In this document: positions 10,010 through 19,448 of the stretch, in pieces
How the letters are laid out: each line of letters starts with the position of its first letter
Position numbering within the stretch: the first letter of the stretch is position 1
Source: Alphaproteobacteria bacterium
GTDB lineage: Bacteria; Pseudomonadota; Alphaproteobacteria; Sphingomonadales; Emcibacteraceae
Assembly (NCBI GenBank): GCA_024280095.1
Contig: JAJRQU010000019.1
Coordinates: 508 to 64,507, forward strand
Direction: 5' to 3'
Length of the DNA stretch: 64,000 bases
Notes under the pieces: model-generated
Seen by the model: only the letters and a program-made list of their open reading frames with translations
Databases searched by the model: none
What the model was told of the DNA's origin: nothing
Position numbers and translations under genes: made by a program

Positions 10010-11605
10010 TTATCGGGCTGCGGCGCGTAACATCTCCGCAGCCTTTTCACCGATCATCATGGCGGCGGCATTGGTGCATCCCGAGACAATGCTCGGCATT
10101 ATTGAACAATCCGCAACACGCAATCCGTCTATTCCATGAACCCGCAGTTGATTATCCACAACGGCCTGCTTGTCGTTGCCCATTTTACAGGTCCCAACCG
10201 GATGATACATGACTTGGCCATGCGCCCTTATATAATCCAAAAGCTCATTATCTGTGACACAGTCTGCGCCCGGCAGATATTCGCTGGTTATGCTTTCCCT
10301 GATGGGGCTTTGCTGCAAAATTCTACGCAGCATTTTTAAGCCGCCTATTGCCGTATCCTTGTCGCGCTGGGCCGTCAGGTAATTGGGATGTAATTTCGGG
10401 GGATCCCTAAAGTCTTTTGTTGCCAGCGTGATTTCTCCCCGGGATTCAGGGTTGAGTACGCAGAAGGCGGCATAAAGGCCCGGCCAGGGGTTTATTGCGA
10501 ATTTGCCGTTTTCTTGCACTTCTCCCGAGAATGGCCGAAAGAAAAACTGGGTATCGGGGGTTTTTGAATCGGATAATACGGAACAATAACCGGTAACCTG
10601 TGTGGCGGTCAGATTTAAAATACCTTCGCGGGTGGCCAGCCATTTCAAAAAATGCCAAGCGGCCCTCATGCCAGAAAGCTCCCGGTTCAGAGACATTTCT
10701 CTGGTGCATTTGGATATGAGATGAACAAAGAAATGATCCTGAAGATTTTGACCCACTGTGGGGATATCTTCGATCGGCTCGATTCCCTGAGCGCGCAGTT
10801 TTTTCTGATCTCCAATGCCGGATAACATCAACAATTGCGGCGACTTGACTGATCCACAACAAATCACCGTCTCCAGACTGGCCATAGCGATTTTGGTTTT
10901 GCCGTCATGACTATATTCAACCCCGACAGCTCTTTTGCCGTCAAATTTTATACGCATAACATGCGCATTGGTATGAATCTGGAGGTTTGGACGAGAGCTT
11001 GCCTGTTTGAGATATCCGTGTCCAGTGGAATAGCGCCGCCCGCCCCGGCTATTGACCTGAGCATATCCAACACCTTCGGGATTGCCATCATTGAAATCAT
11101 GCTTGTGCGGTATTCCGCTATTTATGGCCGCATTGATAAAGGCATGTGATGCGGCATCTTCCATGGGTTTCTCGCCGATAGCAATGGGCCCGTTCCTGCC
11201 ATGCAGATCGCTTTCTCCGCGATTGCTGTCTTCCAGTTTCTTGAAAAAAGGCAATACATCCTGCCATGACCAGCCATGATTCCCCATTTGCGCCCAGCCA
11301 TCATAGTCCATCTTGTGTCCACGGGTATATGTCATGCCATTGATTGAACTTGATCCGCCAAGAACTTTGCCTTGCGCCCAATATATGCGCCGATCATTCA
11401 GTTCGGCCTGCGGTTCTGTATAGTTCCGCCAATTATATTTCGGGTTGTCAAAAAGTGCTACTGCGCCGGCGGGGATGTGGAAAAGCGGGCTGCTGTCGTT
11501 CGGCCCGGCTTCAAGCAGTAAAATTTTCACGTCAGCATCTTCGGATAGGCGGCTGGCAATAATGGCACCTGCGGAGCCAGCTCCGACAATGATATAGTCG
11601 AACAT
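10010..11605 (-). CDS. GMC family oxidoreductase (choline dehydrogenase-like)
   Basis: DYIIVGAGSAG, GKVLGGSSSING, GQNLQDH, YHPVGTCKMG and GLRVADCSIMP motifs. Confidence 0.95.
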   Translation of the reverse strand: MFDYIIVGAGSAGAIIASRLSEDADVKILLLEAGPNDSSPLFHIPAGAVALFDNPKYNWRNYTEPQAELNDRRIYWAQGKVLGGSSSINGMTYTRGHKMDYDGWAQMGNHGWSWQDVLPFFKKLEDSNRGESDLHGRNGPIAIGEKPMEDAASHAFINAAINSGIPHKHDFNDGNPEGVGYAQVNSRGGRRYSTGHGYLKQASSRPNLQIHTNAHVMRIKFDGKRAVGVEYSHDGKTKIAMASLETVICCGSVKSPQLLMLSGIGDQKKLRAQGIEPIEDIPTVGQNLQDHFFVHLISKCTREMSLNRELSGMRAAWHFLKWLATREGILNLTATQVTGYCSVLSDSKTPDTQFFFRPFSGEVQENGKFAINPWPGLYAAFCVLNPESRGEITLATKDFRDPPKLHPNYLTAQRDKDTAIGGLKMLRRILQQSPIRESITSEYLPGADCVTDNELLDYIRAHGQVMYHPVGTCKMGNDKQAVVDNQLRVHGIDGLRVADCSIMPSIVSGCTNAAAMMIGEKAAEMLRAAAR

Positions 11606-11739
11606 TTTAGCAGTCCTCGTTGTTTCTATATACTTTGAAGGTTACAGCAAGCCGAGAGGTCTGGTCATTGACAATCGCGCCATATGAGCGGATTAAATTG
11701 CTGGAAGTTCGGGGGCAGTTGGCGGCAGCGACTAAACTA

Positions 11740-11757
11740 TTGGCACTATTATTCAAT
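11740..11757 (+). promoter_or_regulatory. Putative activator site, copy 3 (TTGGCACTATTATTCAAT)
   Basis: About 93 bp upstream of the M24 gene ATG; matches the motifs at 2494 and 3821. Confidence 0.5.
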
Positions 11758-11849
11758 TATATAAGACCAGAATCCGGCAAAGTATGAGTCTAGGCAGGGT
11801 TGGTGGGTCTTGTGAACAGTTCATTGCATATAAGGAGTTTTGGATCATT

Positions 11850-13082
11850 ATGTTACATCGTCAAGAGCAGCGGCACTGGAGTGCGCCGGTATATCCAGAT
11901 TTTCCCAAAGAAGAGTATGACAACCGTATCAATCGTGTCCAGCGTTACATGGCGCAGGAGAATGTTGACATTCTTGTTTTGTGGGATGTGACGAATATCC
12001 GTTATTTCTCCGGGTTTCATAACCTGCATTGGTCGTCAAGGACGCTCCAATGTGCGGTGTTGCTCATTCCTCTTGCGGGGGAGCCGACGATTATTGTGCC
12101 GGACTTCTTCTCGCCGGTTGTCGAGGGCTTTACTTTTGTAAATGATATTCGTCTGCAGCCCGACCCGCATGTGACGGCAAACCTGCGGGCTTTGCCGGCA
12201 TTGGTTGCTGGGGCGGTTAAGGATCTGGGTTGCGGTAATGGGCGTATTGGCCTTGAGAGCGGCGAAAAGGGGGGGATGTGTATTCCTCGGCCAATTAACG
12301 ACATTGATTCGTTTCGGGGGTCATTGGATGGCGCGACATTTGTTGAGGCGGCAAATTTAATTTGGCGGGTTCGCGTGATAAAATCGCAAACGGAAGTGGC
12401 GGCGCTCAAGCATGCAACGCAGGCGGTGGTTGATTCTTATGGCGTGCTTATGGATCAGTTCCATCTGGGTATGGGCGAGAAAGATGTTGCTTTATTTTTG
12501 CGAAAGGAAATTCTCGATAGAACCGAAGACTGTGAATCGCCGTTTGTTATTTCAACAAGCCGCGGTGTTCCGATGGCTGATGTCCCGGCTTATGATGAAA
12601 GGGTCAGGTTGACCCCGGGCGACAGAATATGTCTTGAGCCTCTTCCGACGCATAAAGGCTATTATGGCAGCTGTTGCCGTGTCTTGAATATTGGGCCGAT
12701 TTCGGACGAGGCATTGCGCCGTGCAGAACTGATAGATGAATTGCAGGATCAGGCTATTGCTGTCGTTAAGCCCGGTGTCAAAACCGGAGATATTCTGGAA
12801 ACTATTCTGGAAGGCAATCGGCAAGATGGGGTTATGGATTATTTCATTGATATGGCAGGTCACGGCGTGGGATTGAATTTTCAGGAACCCCCGGCCATTG
12901 CCCGTAATGAAGAATATGAGCTTGAAGAGGGCATGGTGCTGGCGATTGAAACCTGGGAAGTGTCAATGAATGAAACCGGGTTCGGCCTGTCCGCCGTTGA
13001 AGATTATGTGACAGTAACAAAGGATGGCTGTGAGCCATTCCCCAGTTTCCCGAGAGAGCTAAGATGTCTGCCGATAGGTTAA
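11850..13082 (+). CDS. M24 (Xaa-Pro peptidase/creatinase/ectoine hydrolase fold) hydrolase
   Basis: Creatinase-N-like start (FPKEEYDNRINRVQRYM...NIRYFSGF), RVIKSQTE, GHGVGL..QEPP, GMVLAIE, EDYVTVTKDG. Start set at ATG 11850 behind AAGGAG. Confidence 0.88.
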   Translation: MLHRQEQRHWSAPVYPDFPKEEYDNRINRVQRYMAQENVDILVLWDVTNIRYFSGFHNLHWSSRTLQCAVLLIPLAGEPTIIVPDFFSPVVEGFTFVNDIRLQPDPHVTANLRALPALVAGAVKDLGCGNGRIGLESGEKGGMCIPRPINDIDSFRGSLDGATFVEAANLIWRVRVIKSQTEVAALKHATQAVVDSYGVLMDQFHLGMGEKDVALFLRKEILDRTEDCESPFVISTSRGVPMADVPAYDERVRLTPGDRICLEPLPTHKGYYGSCCRVLNIGPISDEALRRAELIDELQDQAIAVVKPGVKTGDILETILEGNRQDGVMDYFIDMAGHGVGLNFQEPPAIARNEEYELEEGMVLAIETWEVSMNETGFGLSAVEDYVTVTKDGCEPFPSFPRELRCLPIG

Positions 13083-13103
13083 ATAATATAGTTAGGAACT
13101 GAT

Positions 13104-13856
13104 ATGTTTTCTCTTCAGAATAAGACCGCGTTAATCACAGGGGGTACCTCTGGTATTGGTGCGGCAGTTGCAAAAAGATTTATATTAGCTGGTGCAAGGG
13201 TGGTTGTTACCGGGCGACGGGATGCTGCTGAAATAGCGGATCAAGCGGGGGTGCATTATTTGCAGTCAGACGTTTCTGATGAGCAGGCGATGATATCTGT
13301 CTTTGATAAGGCGCAGGACATTCTGGGCAAGATAGACATTCTGGTGAATAATGCCGGCGTTCAGGATACGGGAAAAACCATTGAAGAGCACAGCGTTGAA
13401 GATTTTGATAAAACCGTAGCGGTCTTGCAAAAAGGGGTGTATTTCGGTTTGAAATACGGCCCCGGCCATATGAATGATGGCGGCTCGATTATAAATACAA
13501 GCTCAATCGCCGCCGCGACCGGTATCTATGGTTATGGTCAATATAGTATGGCGAAAGCCGCGATTCTTGGATTATCAAGAGTTGCCACCATTGAACTGGC
13601 CCCCAGAAATATTCGTGTGAATACGGTTCTTCCCGGAACAGTACGCACGCCTATGGTGGAAAATGAGCCCGAAGAAATTGCCCTGACAGAAATCATGACG
13701 CCGATGGGCCGGATTGCTGAAACAGATGATATTGTTGGGCTTTATCACTTTCTGGCGGCTGATGAAAGCCGCTATATAACGGGCCAGCAGATCGCGGTGG
13801 ATGGCGGGCTGCTGACGGGGCCGGGCATAAATCTTCTCGAAAAGCTGATGAGCTAA
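13104..13856 (+). CDS. SDR family NAD(P)-dependent oxidoreductase
   Basis: TGGTSGIG, NNAG, YSMAK, ITGQQIAVDGG. Confidence 0.95.
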   Translation: MFSLQNKTALITGGTSGIGAAVAKRFILAGARVVVTGRRDAAEIADQAGVHYLQSDVSDEQAMISVFDKAQDILGKIDILVNNAGVQDTGKTIEEHSVEDFDKTVAVLQKGVYFGLKYGPGHMNDGGSIINTSSIAAATGIYGYGQYSMAKAAILGLSRVATIELAPRNIRVNTVLPGTVRTPMVENEPEEIALTEIMTPMGRIAETDDIVGLYHFLAADESRYITGQQIAVDGGLLTGPGINLLEKLMS

Positions 13857-13868
13857 GGAGTAGGGTAG

Positions 13869-15242
13869 GTGGCAGTTGATTGGTCTAAAAATATTGATGC
13901 GATAATGACCGCCGGACGGTGGCCGGCGGAAGGTGTGGGCAAGGATGGTATTTTGGCTGCTGCGGCAGAATATTTGATCCCTGGGCGCGTTGAAAAACTT
14001 AAGAATCTTGGCTTCCCTATGGTGGTTGGGCGGCGTGAAGGTTATTATATCTGGGATGTTGATGGCCGTGAACTGATGGATTTTCATCTGAACGGTGGGA
14101 CATATAATATTGGCCATCGCAATCCGCAGGTGATTGAGATTCTGACGAAAGCAATGGAAGTGCTGGATATTGGAAACCACCATTTCCCCAGTATGTTCCG
14201 GGTGGATCTGGCGAAAAAACTGGCGCGGCTTGCCCCGGGAAATTTGCAGTATACTGTGCTCACAAGCAGTGGCAGTGAAGCCAATGATGTTGCTATCAAG
14301 TCATCCCGTTGGGCGACAGGACGGCGTAAAATCGTGGCCATGGATGTGGGGTATCATGGCCGGACGGGGCTCTCTGGGGCGGCGGGCGATGATGAGACTG
14401 CACGTTACTTTTTGAGCGATGAACCATCAAACTTCCTCAAAGTACCATTCAATGACAATGCGGCAATGGAAGTGGCCCTTAGTAAGGGGGATGTGGCGGC
14501 GGTTTTAATGGAAACGGTACCTGCTACCTGCGGCTTTCCGGTGCCTGATCCGTCCTACCTTCCGCGCACCAAGCAGCTTTGCGAGACTTATGGCACGTTG
14601 TATATTGCCGATGAGGTGCAAACTGGTCTGGGACGCACGGGTCACCTTTGGGGGGTTGAGAAATGGGGCGTGGAGCCGGACATTCTGGTCGTCGGCAAAG
14701 GGCTTTCGGGCGGAATATATCCTATGGCCGCTGCGGTAATGAATGAGCGTGCGGCGGGTTGGCTTCATGAAAACCCTTGGGGGCATGTGTCCACGTTTGG
14801 CGGTTCTGAGCTGGGATGCCCAATTGCATCCTTGGTCCTTGATATGTGCTCAAGCGATGAGACCTTAGACCATGTCCGGGATATGGCAGCCTTTATTGGT
14901 GGCGGTCTCCTAGACATTCAGAGCCGACATCCCTTTCTCACTGAAATTCGTCAGACAGGTCTCGTAATAGGGTTGAAGTTCGACGATCCGGTCGGGGGTA
15001 TTAAAATGTCTAAGGCGTTATATGAAAACGGCATTTGGGCAATGTTTTCTGGCTTCGATCCCTCAGTGCTCCAGTTCAAGCCGGGGCTATTCATTGATAA
15101 AAAATATTGCGTGGAGGCATTAGAGCGCCTTGAGCGGGCATTGCGTTATGCTGAGAACACCGTCGGTGATAAGGGGTCATCGACGTTGAGTCCAGACAAC
15201 TGGCAAAACAATCAATCGACAGGAAATTCCAATGGCATCTGA
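13869..15242 (+). CDS. Class III PLP-dependent aminotransferase-family enzyme
   Basis: SGSEAND, GYHGRT, ADEVQTGLGRTG and PDILVVGKGLSGG (PLP lysine); GTG start behind AAGGAG. Confidence 0.93.
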   Translation: MAVDWSKNIDAIMTAGRWPAEGVGKDGILAAAAEYLIPGRVEKLKNLGFPMVVGRREGYYIWDVDGRELMDFHLNGGTYNIGHRNPQVIEILTKAMEVLDIGNHHFPSMFRVDLAKKLARLAPGNLQYTVLTSSGSEANDVAIKSSRWATGRRKIVAMDVGYHGRTGLSGAAGDDETARYFLSDEPSNFLKVPFNDNAAMEVALSKGDVAAVLMETVPATCGFPVPDPSYLPRTKQLCETYGTLYIADEVQTGLGRTGHLWGVEKWGVEPDILVVGKGLSGGIYPMAAAVMNERAAGWLHENPWGHVSTFGGSELGCPIASLVLDMCSSDETLDHVRDMAAFIGGGLLDIQSRHPFLTEIRQTGLVIGLKFDDPVGGIKMSKALYENGIWAMFSGFDPSVLQFKPGLFIDKKYCVEALERLERALRYAENTVGDKGSSTLSPDNWQNNQSTGNSNGI

Positions 15243-16260
15243 TTTTTATAGCCTTTCGGCAACTGCCCAGGCTGATTGTCTGGAAACCCTCGCACGCCGG
15301 GCGCTTTCCCATTGGGGGTTGACAGAAAATGATCAAGTGACGCTTATCAAGCACCGCGAAAACGCCGTATTTAAGGTTATTTCGCAGACCGGCAGGCAAT
15401 ATGCCCTGAGAGTACATCGTCACGGCTACCACAGCGATCAGGCTTTGCGCTCTGAACTCCAATGGATGACTTACCTCAATAAAAAGGGGTTAAAAACACC
15501 GCGACCTGTGGCGGCCTTGGATGGGACATATTTTCAGTCCATTTCATCACAGAACGTGCCGGAGGCACGGCAATGTGATTTGATAGAATGGGTTGATGGC
15601 GCAACCGTTGGGGGCCTTGAAGAAGGGGTGGCCGGTGACGATAAGTCTTTGGAAAGAATTTATCGGTCGATTGGTAAGATTGCGGCTAATCTGCATAATA
15701 TTTCAACGGCATGGGATCGCCCATCTGATTTTTCCCGGCTGCAGTGGGACGCGCGCGGGACGATAGGAGAGGATCCATTATGGGGGCGGTTTTGGGACTT
15801 GGAGCCACTCACCAAGGGCCAAAAAGAGTTATTTTTTAAAGCTCGGGACAAAGCTCTTGAGACGTTGACGGCATATGGCATGGGCAGTGACCGTTTTGGT
15901 CTGATCCATGGGGATCTGTTGCCGGATAATATTCTTCAAACGCCGGATGGTTTGTGCCTGATCGACTTTGATGATTCCGGCTTTGGCTGGTATATGTTCG
16001 AATTTGCGACCTCTTTGTTCATGCATCTTGGGGAGCCACATTTCGATAAAGTCTGCAATGCCATGGTGGAAGGATACCGCAGTGTGCGGCCTTTGCCGGA
16101 TGAACATATTGCGCTATTTCCAACGTTCTTTCTGATGAGGGGGCTGGTATATCTGGGGTGGGCACATACGCGCCGGGAAACGGAAACAGCAAGGGCGTTA
16201 ACGCCAATGATGATTGAAGCCGTCACGGCATTGGCGGATGATTATCTTGCCGATACATAA
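15232..16260 (+). CDS. APH/homoserine-kinase-type II-like phosphotransferase
   Basis: RENAVF, YALRVHR, Brenner motif IHGDLLPDNIL and IDFDDSGFGW; overlaps the end of the upstream gene. Confidence 0.9.
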   Translation: MASDFYSLSATAQADCLETLARRALSHWGLTENDQVTLIKHRENAVFKVISQTGRQYALRVHRHGYHSDQALRSELQWMTYLNKKGLKTPRPVAALDGTYFQSISSQNVPEARQCDLIEWVDGATVGGLEEGVAGDDKSLERIYRSIGKIAANLHNISTAWDRPSDFSRLQWDARGTIGEDPLWGRFWDLEPLTKGQKELFFKARDKALETLTAYGMGSDRFGLIHGDLLPDNILQTPDGLCLIDFDDSGFGWYMFEFATSLFMHLGEPHFDKVCNAMVEGYRSVRPLPDEHIALFPTFFLMRGLVYLGWAHTRRETETARALTPMMIEAVTALADDYLADT

Positions 16261-16317
16261 GGGTTGACTGGACGTCTTTAACATTCAGCTATACCATCAG
16301 AATTGAAAGTGGATCAT

Positions 16318-16977
16318 ATGTTAAAACCAATTATTGCAATTTTGGGCGGCAGTGGAGATCTTGGCGGCGGGCTTGCACGCCGATGGGCGAAAAGCGGCTA
16401 TGAAATCATTATCGGATCGCGCACGCGCGAGAAGGCCGAGGCGGCGGCGCAGGATATTTCCATCGGATCAAACAGCAAGATTTCGGGTCTTGATAATCTG
16501 ATGGCGGCGCAAAAGGGGGATATTATTGTATTGACCGTTCCTTTTTCTCATCATGAAAATATTCTGAAAGAGGTGAAAGCCGCCCTTGAGGGAAAAATCT
16601 TAATTGATGTTACCGTTCCGTTGATGCCCCCTAAGGTGGGGCTTGTTCAGTTGCCGGATGGCGGTTCAGCCGGACAGATAGCGCAGGAGCTGCTTGGCGA
16701 TCAGGTCAAGGTTGTTTCTGCTTTTCAGAATGTCGCTGCCCATCACCTCAAGAGTGATCATGACATTGATTGTGATGTGCTGGTTACCGGAAATGACAAG
16801 GCGGCGCGCGCCAGCGTTATTGCGCTTGCGGGGGATGCAGGTATGCGGGCCTTCCATGCTGGCCCAATCGAAAATTCCGTTGTTGCCGAGGCGTTAACCT
16901 CTGTTTTGATTCAAATTAACCGCCAGTATAAATGTCATGCGGGGATACGTATCGCGGGCCTAAAAAATGCGGATTGA
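16318..16977 (+). CDS. npdG: NADPH-dependent F420 reductase (F420:NADP+ oxidoreductase, Fno)
   Basis: IAILGGSGDLGGGLARRWA...IIGSR, VVSAFQNV, AEALTSVLI, AGIRI; first gene of the cof cluster. Confidence 0.92.
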   Translation: MLKPIIAILGGSGDLGGGLARRWAKSGYEIIIGSRTREKAEAAAQDISIGSNSKISGLDNLMAAQKGDIIVLTVPFSHHENILKEVKAALEGKILIDVTVPLMPPKVGLVQLPDGGSAGQIAQELLGDQVKVVSAFQNVAAHHLKSDHDIDCDVLVTGNDKAARASVIALAGDAGMRAFHAGPIENSVVAEALTSVLIQINRQYKCHAGIRIAGLKNAD

Positions 16978-17719
16978 GATAGAAACCCTTACCGGATTTC
17001 CCGAGGTTTCTCGCGGGGATGATATTGTGCGTTTGATAGAAAATTCAAGTCGGGTAAATGGTATCAGCTATCGCGACGGCGATATTCTGATCATTGCCCA
17101 GAAAATCATTTCAAAGGCCGAGGGACGTCTTATTGATCTGTCCAATATCAAGCCTTCTCTGCAGGCGGAAAATCTGGCGGCGACGACCAATAAAGACCCC
17201 AGGCTTGTTGAGCTTATTCTCTCAGAATCCGATGGGGTCGTGCGGCAGCGGCATAATGTGCTGATTGTCATCCATAAGCTGGGCCTGGTTCACGCCAATG
17301 CGGGCATTGATCAATCTAATATTGCGGGCAATGATCAGGCGTTGCTCTTGCCCATCGCGCCGGACGAATCTGCGGCGCGTATTCGTGCGGGGCTCGAAGA
17401 AATATACGCTGTGCGCCTTGGTATTATCATTGCAGATTCCGTGGGGCGCGCGTGGCGGCTGGGGACGGTGGGGATTGCCATTGGTGCATCAGGTGCCGAA
17501 GTGTTTCAGGATTTGAAAGGTCAGCCGGATCGTTATGGCCGGGATTTGCAAACTACGGAAGTGGGCATGGGGGATCAGCTTGCCGCTGCGGCGTCTCTGA
17601 TTATGGGGCAGGCGGCGGAAGGCACACCGGTTGCCCTTATTCGCGGACTTGATTTGCTTTCGGATGAACAAAAAGCAAGCGACCTGCTGCGCCCGGCAGC
17701 AGAGGATCTTTTCCGGTGA
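16967..17719 (+). CDS. cofE: Coenzyme F420-0:L-glutamate ligase (single domain, no nitroreductase fusion)
   Basis: AQKIISKAEGR, ANAGIDQSN, DSVGRAWRLG, DLFR at the C-terminus; 250 aa. Confidence 0.95.
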   Translation: MRIEIETLTGFPEVSRGDDIVRLIENSSRVNGISYRDGDILIIAQKIISKAEGRLIDLSNIKPSLQAENLAATTNKDPRLVELILSESDGVVRQRHNVLIVIHKLGLVHANAGIDQSNIAGNDQALLLPIAPDESAARIRAGLEEIYAVRLGIIIADSVGRAWRLGTVGIAIGASGAEVFQDLKGQPDRYGRDLQTTEVGMGDQLAAAASLIMGQAAEGTPVALIRGLDLLSDEQKASDLLRPAAEDLFR

Positions 17720-18714
17720 CCGGCGGACATTACATCGCCCTCTCCGGCGGCGTCGGCGGCGCCAAGCTGGCGCTCGGTCTGACCAAAATTTTATCGCCTG
17801 ATGCGCTGACCATTGTCGCCAATACCGGTGATGATTTCGTGCATATGGGGCTGCATATCTCGCCGGATCTGGACACGCTGCTCTATAATTTGGCGGGCCT
17901 TGCCAATCGCTCGGTCGGCTGGGGGCGAGAGGATGAAAGCTGGAATTTCATGGCGGTTCTGAGGCAAATTAGCGGCGAATGCTGGTTCCAGCTCGGCGAT
18001 AAGGATCTTGCGCTTCATGTTGAGCGCACACAGCGCTTGACAAATGGCGAAACCCTTAGCGCCGTAACGGCTGATGTTGCCGGCTCTTTTGGCATTGAAC
18101 ATAAAATTATCCCCATGAGTGATGACCCGGTTCGTACCATGGTCGAAACGCCTGATGGAGAGCTCAGTTTTCAACATTATTTTGTTCGCGATAAATGCCA
18201 GCCTGCTGTAACGGGCTTTCGGTTTGATGGTATTGATCAAGCTTCGCCTTCGCCGGGTTTTCTGGCGGCCCTTAAGCGCCCTGACCTCAAAGGCATTATC
18301 ATTTGTCCCTCCAATCCGTTTGTCAGTATTGACCCCATCTTTGCACTGCCGGGTCTTGCCGGATTATTGCGGGAGGGATTGGTACCGATTGTTGCGGTTT
18401 CTCCGATTGTCGGCGGCAAGGCGATTAAGGGCCCGGCGGCAAAAATGATGGCGGAACTGGGTATGCCGCCGACCGCTTTGGCCATTGCGCAGCATTATCA
18501 AGATGTGATCGATGGGCTTGTCATTGACCATCAGGATCAGAGGATCATTCCTGACATCAAGAGGATAAATATGCATGTCTGTTCCGCACAGACCGTGATG
18601 AAGAATGACGCCGATAAACAACGGCTCGCCGGGCAGGTTTTGAATTTTATTAAAGACCTGCCGGCATCAAAAATTTCTGCCTCAAAAATTTCTGTGCGAA
18701 AAGGATCAGCTTGA
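17716..18714 (+). CDS. cofD: 2-phospho-L-lactate transferase (CofD/FbiA)
   Basis: LSGGVGGAKL, NTGDDF, SPDLDT, WFQLGDKDLA, PSNPFVSIDPI, KGPAAKMM. Confidence 0.96.
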   Translation: MTGGHYIALSGGVGGAKLALGLTKILSPDALTIVANTGDDFVHMGLHISPDLDTLLYNLAGLANRSVGWGREDESWNFMAVLRQISGECWFQLGDKDLALHVERTQRLTNGETLSAVTADVAGSFGIEHKIIPMSDDPVRTMVETPDGELSFQHYFVRDKCQPAVTGFRFDGIDQASPSPGFLAALKRPDLKGIIICPSNPFVSIDPIFALPGLAGLLREGLVPIVAVSPIVGGKAIKGPAAKMMAELGMPPTALAIAQHYQDVIDGLVIDHQDQRIIPDIKRINMHVCSAQTVMKNDADKQRLAGQVLNFIKDLPASKISASKISVRKGSA

Positions 18715-19448
18715 TGAATGAACTATCAAAGACTGTCTGCGCTGTTGTCCCTATCAAGGCTATTGCCACGGCTAAAAGCAGGTTGGCAGATGTTCTGACC
18801 GCAGATGAGAGAAAGGCCTTGGTCGCGGCCATGGCAAAAGACGTGATCGGGGCTCTGAAGAACTGCTCTGCGATCGACCATGTTATCATCATTACAGATG
18901 ATAATGAGGTTGTCAGGCTTGCAAGAAAACTTGGCTGCATAATTTGGCCCCAGGGGCCGGAAGAGGGTCTGTCAGCGGCGATGAATCATGCGGCATCCCG
19001 GCTTAGATCCCTTCAGGTTTCAACCATGATATCGGTTCATGGTGATCTGCCACTGGCTAATGCGAAGGCTTTCGACGGCCTCCTAAAGAAGGTGAATGAC
19101 CAGTCCCAGGTTATGCTCCTGCCTTCTGATCTTGATGATGGTACGAATGTGGTCGTGACGTCGCCGCCGGATATACTTACGTTTAATTATGGTCAGAATA
19201 GTTATTACAGGCATCTTGACTACTGCCTAAGACGCAATATTCATGTGGCCACTTTGTGGGATGATGATTTGGACTTGGATATTGATACGGCGGCGGATAT
19301 TCGTCTGCTGTTGGATAAAAAGCGATGTGGCCGAATTTCTCCCAATACCATGAAGTTTTTTGCCGGCTGTCCCCGGCTGTATGCCAGAGTCAATATGTTG
19401 CCCGGTTTCTTAAATAATAGTGATTTACTTGAAAGGTTTCCTAAATGA
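18714..19448 (+). CDS. cofC: 2-phospho-L-lactate/PEP guanylyltransferase (CofC/FbiD)
   Basis: VVPIK...AKSRL, GDLPL, DGTN, F.YG..S...H, DIDTAAD. Confidence 0.93.
   Translation: MNELSKTVCAVVPIKAIATAKSRLADVLTADERKALVAAMAKDVIGALKNCSAIDHVIIITDDNEVVRLARKLGCIIWPQGPEEGLSAAMNHAASRLRSLQVSTMISVHGDLPLANAKAFDGLLKKVNDQSQVMLLPSDLDDGTNVVVTSPPDILTFNYGQNSYYRHLDYCLRRNIHVATLWDDDLDLDIDTAADIRLLLDKKRCGRISPNTMKFFAGCPRLYARVNMLPGFLNNSDLLERFPK

Noticed and set aside
10010-11605. Calling the GMC enzyme betA
   Set aside because: The family motifs are clear, but there is no betB/betI context and the substrate cannot be assigned.
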